A stretch of 64,000 nucleotides of DNA from Pseudolabrys sp. (GCA_019689975.1 JADGGK010000002.1:38114-102113), one strand, 5' to 3'; shown: positions 9,412 through 19,974, numbered from the stretch's first letter. The notes: a model not told the origin generated them from the letters alone. A program made the numbers and translations.

Positions 9412-10722
9412 ATGCGCGTTGCCATGATCGGCGCTGGTTATGTCGGGCTGGTTTCGGGAGCCTGTTTCGCCGATTTCGGGCACGAGGTGGTCTGCGTCGA
9501 CAGGGACAAGTCCAGGATCGCCGCGCTCGAGGGCGGTGAAATTCCCATTTATGAACCGGGGCTCGCCGAGCTCGTCGCCGCCAACCGCCGCGCCGGACGG
9601 CTGCAATTCGCGGTCGAACTGGGTGCCGCGGTGAAAGCCGCGGAAGCGGTGTTCATTGCCGTAGGCACGCCATCCCGCCGCGGCGATGGCCACGCCGATC
9701 TCACCTATGTGTTCGACGCGGCGCGCGAGATCGCCGTCGCGCTCGAGGATTTCACCGTGGTCATCATGAAGTCCACGGTTCCGGTGGGCACCGGCGACGA
9801 GGTCGAGCGCATCATGCGCGAAATACGGCCCGATGCCGATTGCGCCGTCGTTTCCAATCCCGAATTCCTGCGCGAGGGCGCGGCGATTCGCGACTTCAAG
9901 CACCCCGACCGGATCGTGGTGGGTACGCAGGACCCGCGCGCGCGCGAAGTGATGCGCGAGCTTTATCGCCCGCTTTATCTCAACCGCGCGCCGATCCTGT
10001 TTACCGAACGGCGGACCGCGGAACTCATCAAATACGCGGCCAATGCCTTCCTCGCCACCAAGATCACTTTCATCAACGAGATCGCCGATCTCGCGGAAAA
10101 GGTGGGCGCTGACGTGCAGGACGTCGCGCGCGGCATGGGCCTCGACAAGCGCATCGGCGAGAAGTTCCTGCACGCGGGGCCCGGCTTCGGCGGCTCGTGC
10201 TTTCCAAAGGATACCCTCGCGCTGCTCAAGACCAGCCAGGACTACGAGGCGCCGCTGCGCATCGTCGAAGCCGTGGTCGCCGTCAACGACGCGCGCAAAC
10301 GCGCCATGGCGCGCAAGGTCGCCAACGCGCTGGCAGGCGAGGTGCGCGGCAAGACCGTTGCGGTTCTCGGCCTCACCTTCAAGCCGAATACCGACGACAT
10401 GCGCGAAGCGCCGTCGATCCCGCTGATCACGGCGCTCCAGGACATGGGCGCCAAGGTCCGCGCCTATGACCCGCAGGGCATGGAGGCTGCGAAGGCCTGC
10501 CTCAGCAATGTGACCTTCTGCACCGACGCCTATCATTGCGCCGAGGGCGCCTCTGCGCTCGTCATCGTGACCGAATGGGAGCAATTCCGCGCCCTCGATC
10601 TGCGGCGGTTGAAAACGGTGATGGCTCGGCCCGTGCTGGTCGACCTGCGCAACATCTATCGGCCCCAGGAGGTCGCGCGCGCAGGCTTCATCTACGAGAG
10701 CGTCGGACGGAGAAGGCCATGA
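9412..10722 (+). CDS. ugd: UDP-glucose 6-dehydrogenase
   Basis: MRVAMIGAGYVGLVSGACFADFGHEV Rossmann N-terminus; catalytic region GGSCFPKD; 436 aa. Confidence 0.95.
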   Translation: MRVAMIGAGYVGLVSGACFADFGHEVVCVDRDKSRIAALEGGEIPIYEPGLAELVAANRRAGRLQFAVELGAAVKAAEAVFIAVGTPSRRGDGHADLTYVFDAAREIAVALEDFTVVIMKSTVPVGTGDEVERIMREIRPDADCAVVSNPEFLREGAAIRDFKHPDRIVVGTQDPRAREVMRELYRPLYLNRAPILFTERRTAELIKYAANAFLATKITFINEIADLAEKVGADVQDVARGMGLDKRIGEKFLHAGPGFGGSCFPKDTLALLKTSQDYEAPLRIVEAVVAVNDARKRAMARKVANALAGEVRGKTVAVLGLTFKPNTDDMREAPSIPLITALQDMGAKVRAYDPQGMEAAKACLSNVTFCTDAYHCAEGASALVIVTEWEQFRALDLRRLKTVMARPVLVDLRNIYRPQEVARAGFIYESVGRRRP

Positions 10723-10739
10723 TCGCCTCCAGGAGCGGG

Positions 10740-10769
10740 CCTCTTGGGCGCAAGCCTCTTGGGCGCAAG
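10740..10769. repeat. Perfect 15-bp tandem duplication (CCTCTTGGGCGCAAG x2) in the ugd-hrpB spacer
   Basis: Read directly: 10740-10754 equals 10755-10769, followed by CCGA CCGA. Confidence 0.9.
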
Positions 10770-10891
10770 CCGACCGACCGGTAGCACGCAAGCTCGGCGT
10801 CGGTCCGTGACGGCGGCCGACTGGCCGGCCTTGTTGGGCGGCCGCGGTGGCAGGTTCGACGGACGACGCCACAGTTCAATCCGTGGGATCC

Positions 10892-13468
10892 ATGAGACGG
10901 TTCGACGACCCGCTTCCGATCGACGCCGCGCTGGGGGACCTGGCCGCCGTGCTGGCGCGCGGCAACGGCGCCGTCCTGGTCGCGCCGCCCGGGGCCGGAA
11001 AGACCACCCGCGTGCCGCTGGCGCTGCTCGAGGAACCGTGGGCCAAAGGCAAGAAAATCCTGGTGCTCGAGCCGCGGCGGCTGGCCGCGCGCGCGGCGGC
11101 CGCGCGCATGGCCTGGACGCTCGGGGAACCGCTCGGCGAGACCGTCGGCCTGCGCGTGCGCTTCGGCTCGAAGGTATCGAGCCGCACGCGGGTCGAGGTC
11201 GTCACCGAGGGAGTGTTCACGCGCCTCATCCTCGAGGATCCGTCGCTTGCGGGCGTGGCCGCGGTTTTGTTCGACGAATTCCACGAGCGCTCGCTCGATG
11301 CCGATCTCGGCCTTGCCCTGGCGCGCGATGCCCAGCAGGGCCTGCGCGACGATCTCAAGCTGCTGGTGATGTCCGCAACCCTCGACGGGTCGCGCGTGGC
11401 GGCTTTGCTCGACGACGCGCCGATAGTCGAGAGCCCAGGCCGCAGTTTTCCCGTCGACACGCGTTATCTCGGTCGCGATGCGCGTCGGCCGATCGAGCAA
11501 CAGGTCGCCGAGGCGGTCGCCCGCGCGCTGCGCAGCGAGCCCGGCTCCCTCTTGGTGTTTCTGCCCGGCACGGGTGAGATCCGCCGCAGCGAGCGTCTGC
11601 TGCGCGAGCGTATCGACGATCCGAGCGTGGACATCGTTCCCCTCCACGGCTCGCTCGGTGCGCGCGAGCAGGACCGCGCCATCGCCCCCGCGCCGGACGG
11701 GCGGCGCAAGGTGGTGCTGGCCACTTCCATCGCCGAGACGTCGCTGACCATCGACGGCGTGCGCATCGTGATCGACAGCGGCCTTTCGCGCGTGCCGCGC
11801 TACGAACCCGACGTCGGCTTGACGCGGCTTGAGACCGTGCGCGTTTCCCGTGCCGCCGCCGAGCAGCGGCGCGGCCGCGCCGGCCGCACCGAGCCGGGGG
11901 TCTGCTACCGTCTATGGGACGAACCGCAGACCGGAGCGCTCGATCCCTATACGCGACCGGAAATCCTTGCCGCCGATCTTTCGTCCTTCGTACTCGATCT
12001 CGCGCAATGGGGGGTGCGCGATCCGGGCGACCTTGCCCTGCTCGACGCACCGCCCGCCGCCGCGCTCGCCGAGGCTCGGGCCCTGCTCGTTGAACTGGGC
12101 GCGCTCGACGCCGAGGGGCGCATCACCGCCGAGGGCCGCAGGCTTCGCGCCCTGCCGCTGCCGCCGCGTCTTGCGCGCATGGTGCTTCGCGCCGCTGCGG
12201 ACGGCGAGGAAATGGCCGCGGCGGAGATTGCCGTCGTGCTCACCGAACGCGGGCTCGGCGGCGAGGATCCCGACCTTCGCGACCGCCTCGATCGCTTCCG
12301 CCGCGAGCGCTCGCCACGCGCCCAAGAAGCGCGGGCGCTGGCCAGGCGGTGGGCCATGCTCGCCCGTTCCTCCGCCGCAACCGAGCGACGGGGCCGGGCG
12401 GTCGCGCCGCGGACCGGAAAGGACCGCCCGGGAACGAGTGCGCCTCGCCAGCGCGACGATGCATGTCCTGCTTCGGCGCGCGACGATAACGGCGCGGACA
12501 GCCTTGGTGCCTTGCTTGCGCTTGCCTATCCCGAGCGCATCGCGAAAAACCGCGGCGACGGCAGCGGCACGTTCCTGCTTGCCAACGGCCGCGGCGCCGC
12601 AATCGATCCGACGTCGTCCCTCGCACGCACGCCGTTTCTCGTCGTCGCGGAACTGAGTGGTACCGCGGCGGCGGGCCGTATCCTGCTGGCTGCGCCGGTC
12701 GCGCTTGCCGCAATCGAAGCCCGCCTGGCCGGGCGTATCGAGGACCGCGAGACGCTGAGCTTCGATCCCGCGTCCGCCTCGCTGCGCGCGCGCCGCACGC
12801 GCCGCCTGGGCGCCCTCGTGCTCGCCGAACAGATCAAGCCCGTCGCGCCCGACGCCGACACGGGCGGTCTGTTGGCCGCCGGCATTGTCGCACTCGGCAT
12901 CGACAGATTGCCGTGGAGCAAGACGCTGACGCAGCTACGCCATCGCATTTCGTTCTTGCGCCGCCTGGAAGGGGGCGAGTGGCCCGATTTGTCCGATGCG
13001 GCGCTCGCGCGCGGCGACGCCGGCTGGCTGGCGCCGTTCCTTGCCGGCAAGACAGCGCTGGCGCAAGTCTCTTCCGAAGATCTTGCCGCCGCGCTCGAGG
13101 CCTTGCTGCCGCGGCATCTGCGCCGGCGCCTCGACAGCGAGGCACCGACGCATTTCGTGGCGCCCTCGGGCGCGCACATCCCGATCGACTATGCGGCCGA
13201 GGGTGGGCCGCGGCTCGCCGTTCGCCTGCAGGAACTGTTCGGGCTTGCGAGCCATCCGAGCGTCGCGCGCGGACGCGTGCCGCTCACGCTCGAACTGCTC
13301 TCGCCGGCGCGTCGGCCGGTGCAGGTCACGCGCGATCTGCCCGGTTTCTGGCGCGGGAGCTATGCCCAGGTACGGTCGGAAATGCGCGGCCGCTACCCCA
13401 AGCATTTCTGGCCCACGGATCCGCTCTCGGCACCCGCCACCACCCGCGCCAAACCGCGCGGCCATTAG
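10892..13468 (+). CDS. hrpB: ATP-dependent RNA helicase HrpB (DEAH box)
   Basis: APPGAGKTTRVP Walker A, DEFHERS DEAH-type box, TSIAETSLTIDGV, QRRGRAGR. Start taken at MRRFDDPLPID (Met 16); an alternative start is at 10847. Confidence 0.93.
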   Translation: MRRFDDPLPIDAALGDLAAVLARGNGAVLVAPPGAGKTTRVPLALLEEPWAKGKKILVLEPRRLAARAAAARMAWTLGEPLGETVGLRVRFGSKVSSRTRVEVVTEGVFTRLILEDPSLAGVAAVLFDEFHERSLDADLGLALARDAQQGLRDDLKLLVMSATLDGSRVAALLDDAPIVESPGRSFPVDTRYLGRDARRPIEQQVAEAVARALRSEPGSLLVFLPGTGEIRRSERLLRERIDDPSVDIVPLHGSLGAREQDRAIAPAPDGRRKVVLATSIAETSLTIDGVRIVIDSGLSRVPRYEPDVGLTRLETVRVSRAAAEQRRGRAGRTEPGVCYRLWDEPQTGALDPYTRPEILAADLSSFVLDLAQWGVRDPGDLALLDAPPAAALAEARALLVELGALDAEGRITAEGRRLRALPLPPRLARMVLRAAADGEEMAAAEIAVVLTERGLGGEDPDLRDRLDRFRRERSPRAQEARALARRWAMLARSSAATERRGRAVAPRTGKDRPGTSAPRQRDDACPASARDDNGADSLGALLALAYPERIAKNRGDGSGTFLLANGRGAAIDPTSSLARTPFLVVAELSGTAAAGRILLAAPVALAAIEARLAGRIEDRETLSFDPASASLRARRTRRLGALVLAEQIKPVAPDADTGGLLAAGIVALGIDRLPWSKTLTQLRHRISFLRRLEGGEWPDLSDAALARGDAGWLAPFLAGKTALAQVSSEDLAAALEALLPRHLRRRLDSEAPTHFVAPSGAHIPIDYAAEGGPRLAVRLQELFGLASHPSVARGRVPLTLELLSPARRPVQVTRDLPGFWRGSYAQVRSEMRGRYPKHFWPTDPLSAPATTRAKPRGH

Positions 13469-13558
13469 CGCGCATTGTCGCGAACCGGTTAATGCGCCGC
13501 TTACCAGAACGCGCGGGCCTCAAAACCGTTAAGGCTGCCTTGAGGCGGAGAGGATAGG

Positions 13559-14101
13559 GTGGGTCATGTTCTTAAGGGCTGCGCGATGCGCCAGATCCTT
13601 GTTTTCGCGGCGATCGTGGTCCTCGGCGGCGTCTACGTCGCGCGCCTCGCCGATCGGACCTTCGACTCCCCGCCGCCCGAGGCCGACGCCGCGCCCTCCG
13701 CCGCACGGCTGGCCGACGCGGCGAGCGACGGCCGCACGCTCACCGTGGCCGCGGATCGCTACGGCCATTTCGAGATCGCGGCGCGCGTCGACGGACGTCA
13801 CGTCGACTTCATGGTCGATTCCGGCGCCTCGCTGGTCACTTTGCGCGCGACCGACGCGGCCGTCATCGGCATCCGTCCGAGCCCGCGCGACTACACGGCC
13901 ACGGTCGTGACCGCGAACGGGAAGATCAAGGCCGCGCCGACCAGGCTCGATCGGATCGAGGTCGGCGGTATTACCGTCTTCGACGTTCCGGCATTGATAT
14001 TGCCAGACGAGGTGCTGAGTCAGAATCTGCTCGGCGTTTCGTTCCTGTCGCGGCTCAGGCGTTACGAATACGCCGACGGGCGACTCGTCCTCGAACAATA
14101 G
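13559..14101 (+). CDS. Retropepsin-like (clan AA, TIGR02281-type) aspartic protease, membrane anchored
   Basis: N-terminal TM segment, then GHFEIAARVDGRHVDFMVDSGASLVTL (DSG active site) and a C-terminal LLGVSFL motif. An alternative start is at 13586. Confidence 0.8.
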   Translation: MGHVLKGCAMRQILVFAAIVVLGGVYVARLADRTFDSPPPEADAAPSAARLADAASDGRTLTVAADRYGHFEIAARVDGRHVDFMVDSGASLVTLRATDAAVIGIRPSPRDYTATVVTANGKIKAAPTRLDRIEVGGITVFDVPALILPDEVLSQNLLGVSFLSRLRRYEYADGRLVLEQ

Positions 14102-14272
14102 CCCGCTATTGCGGCGCGCGGCCCGCACCGGGTCGGGAGAGCAGCGCGGCAACCGTTGCGCCGCCCGATGCCGCGCGACCTCGGGGCATGGCGACGTGGC
14201 GGGACCGCTTTGCGAGCCTGCCGCGTTGGAGTAATGAACGCACCGACGCTCAGAGCACCGTCCGAGGAGTCG

Positions 14273-15772
14273 ATGTTCCCGAAGCCGAAACCTGCGCTCG
14301 TCCCCAATACTTACGCCTACGAATCCTCGCCGTTGGTCAAGCCCACCGGATTCCGCGAATATGACGCCCGCTGGCTGCTGGAAAAGGAAATCAACCTCAT
14401 GGGCGTGCAGGCGCTCGGGATGGGCCTCGGCACGCTGATCCGCCAGCTCGGCGCCAGGCCCGAGGTCGTCACCGGCCATGATTTCCGCGGCTATTCCGCG
14501 GCGGTTAAAGTTGCGCTCGTCTCCGGCTTGATGGCTGCAGGCTGTCGCGTGCGCGACATCGGTCTTGCGCTCACGCCCATGGCCTATTTCGCGCAATTCG
14601 CGCTGGACGTGCCGTGCGTGGCGATGGTGACGGCCTCGCATAACGATAACGGCTGGACCGGCGTCAAAATGGGCGCCAACCGGCCGCTCACCTTTGGGCC
14701 CGACGAGATGACGCGTCTGAAGGAAATCGTGCTCAACGCAAAATTCGATCTTGCAGGCGGCGGCAGTTATGAATTCATCGAGAACTTTCCCGAGCGCTAC
14801 ATCGCCGACCTGACCAATCGGCCGAAAATCGGGCGGCGGCTGAAAGTGGTCGCGGCCTGCGGCAACGGCACCGCGGGCGCCTTCGCGCCGCGCATCCTCG
14901 AGGCGATCGGTTGCGACGTGGTGCCGCTCGATTGCGAGCTCGACCATACCTTTCCGCGCTACAATCCCAATACGGAAGACATGAAGATGTTGCATGCGAT
15001 GCGCGACGCGGTGCTGGCCAACAAGGCGGATGTCGGCCTGGGTTTCGATGGCGACGGTGATCGCTGCGGGGTGGTGGACAACGAGGGGGAGGAGATTTTT
15101 GCCGACAAGGTCGGCGTCATGCTGGCGCGTGACCTGTCAACTCTCCACAAAGGAGCCGTCTTCGTGGTGGACGTGAAATCGACCGGGTTGTTTCTCACCG
15201 ACCCCGTGCTGCAGGCAAACGGAGTGAAGGTCGACTACTGGAAAACCGGTCATTCCTACATCAAGCGCCGCGTCAACGAACTCGGCGCGCTGGCCGGGTT
15301 CGAGAAATCGGGACATTTCTTCTTCAACAAGCCGTTCGGACGCGGATATGACGATGGCATGATCTTCGCCCTTGCGGTCTGCGACATGCTTGATCGCAAT
15401 CCGGACAAGAGCATGGCCGATCTGCGCAAGGCGTTGCCGCGAACCTGGAGCTCACCGACGATGTCGCCGCATTGCGACGACGAAAAGAAATATGCGGTCG
15501 TCGACGCGGTGACGAGGCATTTCGAAGCGGCGTGGAAGAACGGAGAAAAATTCGCGGGCCAAGCGATTCGCGAGCTTACCACCGTCAACGGCGTGCGCGT
15601 GACGCTCGAGGACGGCACGTGGGGGCTGGTGCGCGCCTCCTCCAACAAGCCCGAACTGGTCGTTGTCGTCGAAAGCCCGGTCTCGGAGCGTCGCATGCGC
15701 GATATGTTTGCCGCCGTCGACAGCGTGCTGCGCGCGCATCCCGAGGTCGGAGCCTACAACCAGACGATCTGA
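14273..15772 (+). CDS. Phosphomannomutase/phosphoglucomutase
   Basis: MFPKPKPALVPNTYAYESSP..., catalytic loop TASHNDNGWTG, Mg site GFDGDGDRCG, and GEKSGH-like FEKSGHFFF. A GAGGAG RBS lies 5 nt upstream; an alternative start is at 14234. Confidence 0.92.
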   Translation: MFPKPKPALVPNTYAYESSPLVKPTGFREYDARWLLEKEINLMGVQALGMGLGTLIRQLGARPEVVTGHDFRGYSAAVKVALVSGLMAAGCRVRDIGLALTPMAYFAQFALDVPCVAMVTASHNDNGWTGVKMGANRPLTFGPDEMTRLKEIVLNAKFDLAGGGSYEFIENFPERYIADLTNRPKIGRRLKVVAACGNGTAGAFAPRILEAIGCDVVPLDCELDHTFPRYNPNTEDMKMLHAMRDAVLANKADVGLGFDGDGDRCGVVDNEGEEIFADKVGVMLARDLSTLHKGAVFVVDVKSTGLFLTDPVLQANGVKVDYWKTGHSYIKRRVNELGALAGFEKSGHFFFNKPFGRGYDDGMIFALAVCDMLDRNPDKSMADLRKALPRTWSSPTMSPHCDDEKKYAVVDAVTRHFEAAWKNGEKFAGQAIRELTTVNGVRVTLEDGTWGLVRASSNKPELVVVVESPVSERRMRDMFAAVDSVLRAHPEVGAYNQTI

Positions 15773-16029
15773 GTGGTCGTTTCCAGCAGCGTTCGGCGCC
15801 GGCGCCGCTCGCCGCGAGCAGGAGGGCGGCGGGTCGACCTGGATGCTGCGGCGAATGCGGCCGAGACCGACGCGCGGTCGCCCGGTCTTCGACTTCGAGC
15901 GCGCGCCCTGGCGTCGACGGTGGACCGCGCCGGCGGATGACAGCGCCGGCTTTCCGGCGAGAAGGCGGCTCGCCGGGCCCTGCGCGGGAGCGTGCCGGGC
16001 ATGACGGCCGAGGACCGCTGCGCTAAGAA

Positions 16030-17163
16030 ATGGACATGCGTATCGTCATCCTCGGCGCCGGTCCGGCCGGGCTTTACCTTGCCTATCTGATCAAGCGTCG
16101 CGAGCCGACGGTCGCCGTGATCGTGATCGAGCAGAATCCGGCCGACGCCACGTTCGGTTTCGGCGTTGTATTCTCCGACCGCGCGCTCGATTTTCTGCGC
16201 GAGGAGGACGAGGCGACCTATGCCGCGATCGTCCCTTACATGGAATCCTGGAACGACATGACGCTGTGCCTGCGTGGCGAGCGCATCGTCATCGACGGCA
16301 TAGGCTTTGCCGCGATCAGTCGGCTCAAGCTGCTTCAAATCCTTCAGGCCCAGGCACATTCGGTCGGCGTCGTTCCGCTCTACGGGCGGCCTGTCAAGCG
16401 CGTGGACGAGCTTCCGGCCCACGATCTGCTCGTCGGGGCCGACGGGGTGAATTCCCTCGTGCGGCGAACCTATGCCGACGCATTCGGCGCGCAGGTGACC
16501 CATCTCACCAATCGTTTCGCCTGGTTCGGCACCCGCAAACGATTCGAAACCCTGACGCAGACATTCGTTGAGACGAGCGACGGCGCGTTCAACGCGCATC
16601 ATTACCGCTATGCGCCGGACGCCAGCACCTTCATCGTCGAGACGGACGCAACGACCTTCGCACGCGTGGGTTTTGCCGCGATGTCGGAGGCGGAAGCGCG
16701 AAGAACCTGCGAACGGATCTTTGCCGCGACCCTCGACGGCCACGGGCTCATTTCGAATAACTCCATTTGGCGGCGGTTCCCGATCGTGCGCAACAAACAG
16801 TGGTCGCACGGCCGTTGCGTGCTGGTCGGAGACGCGCTGCATACCGCGCATTTTTCCATCGGCTCCGGGACCCGGCTGGCCATGGAGGACGCGATCGCGC
16901 TCGACAAGGCACTCGCCGCTCACGCCGGTGATATTCCGACCGCGCTCGCCGCCTACGAAGCAGCGCGCCGACCGGTCCTGGAGAAGCTTGTCGCCGGCGC
17001 CAATGGGAGCGCCAATTGGTACGAGCGTTTTGCACAGCACATGAAACTTGCTCCGGCGGAATTTGCGATGAGTTACATAACCCGCTCCGGCCGCGTCGAT
17101 CTCGACCGGTTGCGCCGGCTCTCGCCGCGCTTTGTCGCGCGCTACGAGCTTGATCGGACCTAG
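16030..17163 (+). CDS. FAD-dependent monooxygenase (aromatic-ring hydroxylase type)
   Basis: RIVILGAGPAGL dinucleotide-binding motif, GADGVNSLVR, and GDALHTAHFSIGSGTRLAMEDA FAD fingerprint. 377 aa. Confidence 0.85.
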   Translation: MDMRIVILGAGPAGLYLAYLIKRREPTVAVIVIEQNPADATFGFGVVFSDRALDFLREEDEATYAAIVPYMESWNDMTLCLRGERIVIDGIGFAAISRLKLLQILQAQAHSVGVVPLYGRPVKRVDELPAHDLLVGADGVNSLVRRTYADAFGAQVTHLTNRFAWFGTRKRFETLTQTFVETSDGAFNAHHYRYAPDASTFIVETDATTFARVGFAAMSEAEARRTCERIFAATLDGHGLISNNSIWRRFPIVRNKQWSHGRCVLVGDALHTAHFSIGSGTRLAMEDAIALDKALAAHAGDIPTALAAYEAARRPVLEKLVAGANGSANWYERFAQHMKLAPAEFAMSYITRSGRVDLDRLRRLSPRFVARYELDRT

Positions 17164-17565
17164 GGTTGGATTGCGGTGATCGTGACCCGTCGGGCGAGCG
17201 CGGCGAGGCGATCCGCAGTTAAATAGGCCTAGCCTGGAGTGTTAAGTCGCCCCTTGCGCGTCTCCGCGCAATGACGGCGCGAGGCCGACCCGGTCGGAAC
17301 ACGCTCTCGCCCTCGGAATCGCCGCGGGATGATCCGCGACTCTTGCCTGCAGCGTCAAAATCATGCGACGCCGGTTCGCATCCGGTCTGCCACTTCTCTC
17401 GCCGTCGCCTCACCCACTTTTTTGACAAGGGAAGGGCTGCGGCGCGGGCAGGCGGGCATGGCCGCGGCGGCGGCGCAGGGGACACCGCTAAACCCGCGCC
17501 GGCGGCCGGAAAGCCGCGACGGGCGGCGCGCAATGGTCGTCCGCGATGCGGCCGAGAAAGCGCGT

Positions 17566-18426
17566 TCACTCCTTCTCTTCCTTGAACGTCTCGCGGAACG
17601 GGTGCGAGGGGTAGACGCCGAGGATGCGCAGCTCCTTGGAAAAGAATGCCAGCTCCTCCAGGGCAAGCGCCAATGAGCGGTCGTCGGGATGACCTTCGAC
17701 ATCGGCATAGAATTGCGTTGCAAAGAAATTGCCACCCAGCATGTAGCTCTCAAGCTTGGTCATATTGACGCCGTTGGTGGCAAAGCCGCCGAGCGCCTTG
17801 TAGAGCGCGGCCGGCACGTTACGCACGCGGAACACGAAAGTCGTGATGACCTTGCCGTTGTCGGCCTTCGCCCATTTCTTCTCGCGCGAGAGCACGACGA
17901 AGCGCGTCGTCGAATGGGAATGATCCTCGATGTTTTCCTTCAGAATCTCAAGGCCGTAGATTTCCGCCGCCAGCCGAGAGGCGATCGCCGCGCGCGTGAT
18001 GTCCCTGCTTTCCGCCACCTCGCGCGCCGAACCGGCCGTATCGGCAGCCACGATCGGCTTGAGCCTGAGCTGACGGATGATGTTGCGACATTGGCCGAGC
18101 GCCATGACGTGACTTTCGACGGATCTGATCGTCTGCAGGGTCGCTCCCTTCGGCGCCATCAACTGATTGCGGATCGGCAGAAACCATTCGGCCACGATAT
18201 GCAGGCCGGAGTCCGGCATCAGGTGATGGATATCGGCGACGCGTCCTGCGACCGAATTCTCGATCGGAATCATTGCCAGCGCCACGTCGCCGGCGGTGAC
18301 GGCGCTGAAGCAGTCCTCGAATGTCGCGCAGGGCACGGGCTCGTAATCAGGATAGGCCTCGCGGCAGGCGAGATGCGAATTGGCGCCCGGTTCGCCCTGA
18401 AATACGATGGTCTTGCGGCTCATCAT
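17566..18426 (-). CDS. pheA: Prephenate dehydratase
   Basis: IVFQGEPGANSHLA, the TRF region (HSTTRFVVL), and a C-terminal ACT-like region. 286 aa. Confidence 0.93.
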   Translation of the reverse strand: MMSRKTIVFQGEPGANSHLACREAYPDYEPVPCATFEDCFSAVTAGDVALAMIPIENSVAGRVADIHHLMPDSGLHIVAEWFLPIRNQLMAPKGATLQTIRSVESHVMALGQCRNIIRQLRLKPIVAADTAGSAREVAESRDITRAAIASRLAAEIYGLEILKENIEDHSHSTTRFVVLSREKKWAKADNGKVITTFVFRVRNVPAALYKALGGFATNGVNMTKLESYMLGGNFFATQFYADVEGHPDDRSLALALEELAFFSKELRILGVYPSHPFRETFKEEKE

Positions 18427-18456
18427 CCTTTCGCTTTTCAGACCTTCGACCCCAAG

Positions 18457-19185
18457 TCAACCACTGAGCAGGCGGCGCGCCTTGTCGAGCTCTTCGGGTG
18501 TGTCGACGCCGAGCGGGACGCTCTTGACGAGCACCACGTCGATTCGCATTCCGGCGTCGAGTGCGCGCAATTGCTCGAGTTTCTCGCGTGTCTCGCTCGC
18601 GGAGGGCGGCAGCCGCACGAAGCGCTCCAGGGCGCCGCGCCGGTATGCGTAAAGTCCGATATGGTGATAGTGCGGGCCCGCCCCCTCCGCGCCGCCGCGC
18701 GTGAAGCCGGTCGCGCGCAGGCGCCCCGCAGACACCGCCACGCCTTTGACCTTGACCACGTTGGGATTCGCAAGCTCCGCCGGGTCGCTGATCTCGGCCG
18801 CAAGCGTGGCGATGTCGACCGCGGGGTCGCGGAGAGGGCCGAGCGCAGCGCGGATATCGGACGGCTCGACGGTCGGTAGGTCGCCCTGCACATTCACGAC
18901 AAAACGGCATCGCCGTTCCGGATCGAGCACCGCGAGCGCCTCGTGGATCCGGTCCGACCCCGAGGCGTGGTCGCCACGCGTCAGCAGGGCGCGCCCGCCG
19001 GCCTTCTCCACCGCGGCGACGACCGCTTCCGAATCGGTGGCCACCACCGTCTCGCCGAGTCTCGCGGCCTGAGCGCGGCGCAGCACGTGCACGACCATGG
19101 GCAGCCCGCCGATATCGGCCAGCGGCTTGCCCGGCAGGCGGGTCGAGCCGAGACGCGCGGGGATTAGGACGATGGTGTCCGACAT
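18457..19185 (-). CDS. kdsB: 3-deoxy-manno-octulosonate cytidylyltransferase (CMP-KDO synthetase)
   Basis: [27 protein letters not shown]. The track start at 19215 is TTG; the ATG is at 19185. It lies 30 nt upstream of pheA on the same strand. Confidence 0.92.
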   Translation of the reverse strand: MSDTIVLIPARLGSTRLPGKPLADIGGLPMVVHVLRRAQAARLGETVVATDSEAVVAAVEKAGGRALLTRGDHASGSDRIHEALAVLDPERRCRFVVNVQGDLPTVEPSDIRAALGPLRDPAVDIATLAAEISDPAELANPNVVKVKGVAVSAGRLRATGFTRGGAEGAGPHYHHIGLYAYRRGALERFVRLPPSASETREKLEQLRALDAGMRIDVVLVKSVPLGVDTPEELDKARRLLSG

Positions 19186-19341
19186 GGGAAATCCCGTCCC
19201 TCGCCCGTGTGACAAAAGGCGACGCCGGCGTCGCGCTTATACGGGTTGCCACGGCCGAGGCAAACCGGTATCTGATCGCCGCCGCTCTCCTTGGCGTTAA
19301 GCTCCACCCCAATCCCGAGCGCTCCCCGGAGCCCGATCGCG

Positions 19342-19974
19342 ATGAATTCCTTTGAACTCAACAAAATCCTTGGCGCCATCCTGGGGACCTGCCTCGTCCT
19401 GCTCGCCCTCAATATCGCCGCCGGCGCCATCTTTGCCCCCGAGAAGGCGGCCAAGCCGGGCTATGCCATCGCGGTCAAAACCGGTCCCGCCAAGGAAGAG
19501 GAGGCGGCTCCCAAGGAGGAGCCGATTGCGGTACGGCTCGCCAACGCCTCGGTGGAAAAGGGCAAGACGGTGGCGCGGCAGTGCCAAGCCTGCCATACGT
19601 TCGAGAAGGGGGGCCCCAACCGCGTCGGACCCAATCTCTGGAATATCGTCGGCAGCCCGCGCGGGGAGGACCGCGGCGGATTCAATTTTTCCGCCGCGAT
19701 GAGGGCCAAGGGCGGCTCGTGGACCTATGAGGAGCTTGACAAGTTTCTCACCGATCCGCGCGGCTACATCAACGGCACGGCCATGACCTTTGCCGGGATC
19801 AAGAACGCCCAGCAGCGCGCCGACGTGATCGACTATCTGCATACGCTTTCCGACAATCCCCAGCCCCTGCCGCAGCCGCAGGCGCAGAACGAAGGCACCA
19901 AGGGTGCCGCCGAGCCGGCGGCGAAGCCCGCGGAGAACCAGCCGAAGGCGTCGGCGCCAGCGCCGGCAAAGTGA
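19342..19974 (+). CDS. Membrane-anchored class I cytochrome c (CycM-like)
   Basis: MNSFELNKILGAILGTCLVLLALNI anchor, a CQACH haem-binding site, a distal Met region (GTAMTFAGI), and a Pro/Ala/Gln-rich tail. Confidence 0.88.
   Translation: MNSFELNKILGAILGTCLVLLALNIAAGAIFAPEKAAKPGYAIAVKTGPAKEEEAAPKEEPIAVRLANASVEKGKTVARQCQACHTFEKGGPNRVGPNLWNIVGSPRGEDRGGFNFSAAMRAKGGSWTYEELDKFLTDPRGYINGTAMTFAGIKNAQQRADVIDYLHTLSDNPQPLPQPQAQNEGTKGAAEPAAKPAENQPKASAPAPAK

Noticed and set aside
9385-10872. 495-aa minus-strand ORF antisense to ugd. Similar cases: 13529..14995, 15754..17040, 27910..29298, 35926..37479, 45662..47098 and 52207..54585.
   Set aside because: All lie opposite confidently recognised genes, are dominated by Arg/Ala/Gly/Pro/His, and lack motifs. 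These are typical stop-poor antisense frames in GC-rich DNA.
13519-13548. Hairpin GCCTCAA-N15-TTGAGGC after hrpB as a terminator.
   Set aside because: It has a large loop and no U-tract, and it lies just upstream of the protease start. Evidence is insufficient to call it a terminator.
17219-17676. Overlapping ORFs (17219..17569 minus, 17271..17585 plus, 17329..17676 plus) as candidate genes in the 402-bp gap.
   Set aside because: They are low-complexity Arg/Pro/Ala sequences, mutually overlapping in three frames, with no motifs. I treated the region as non-coding.
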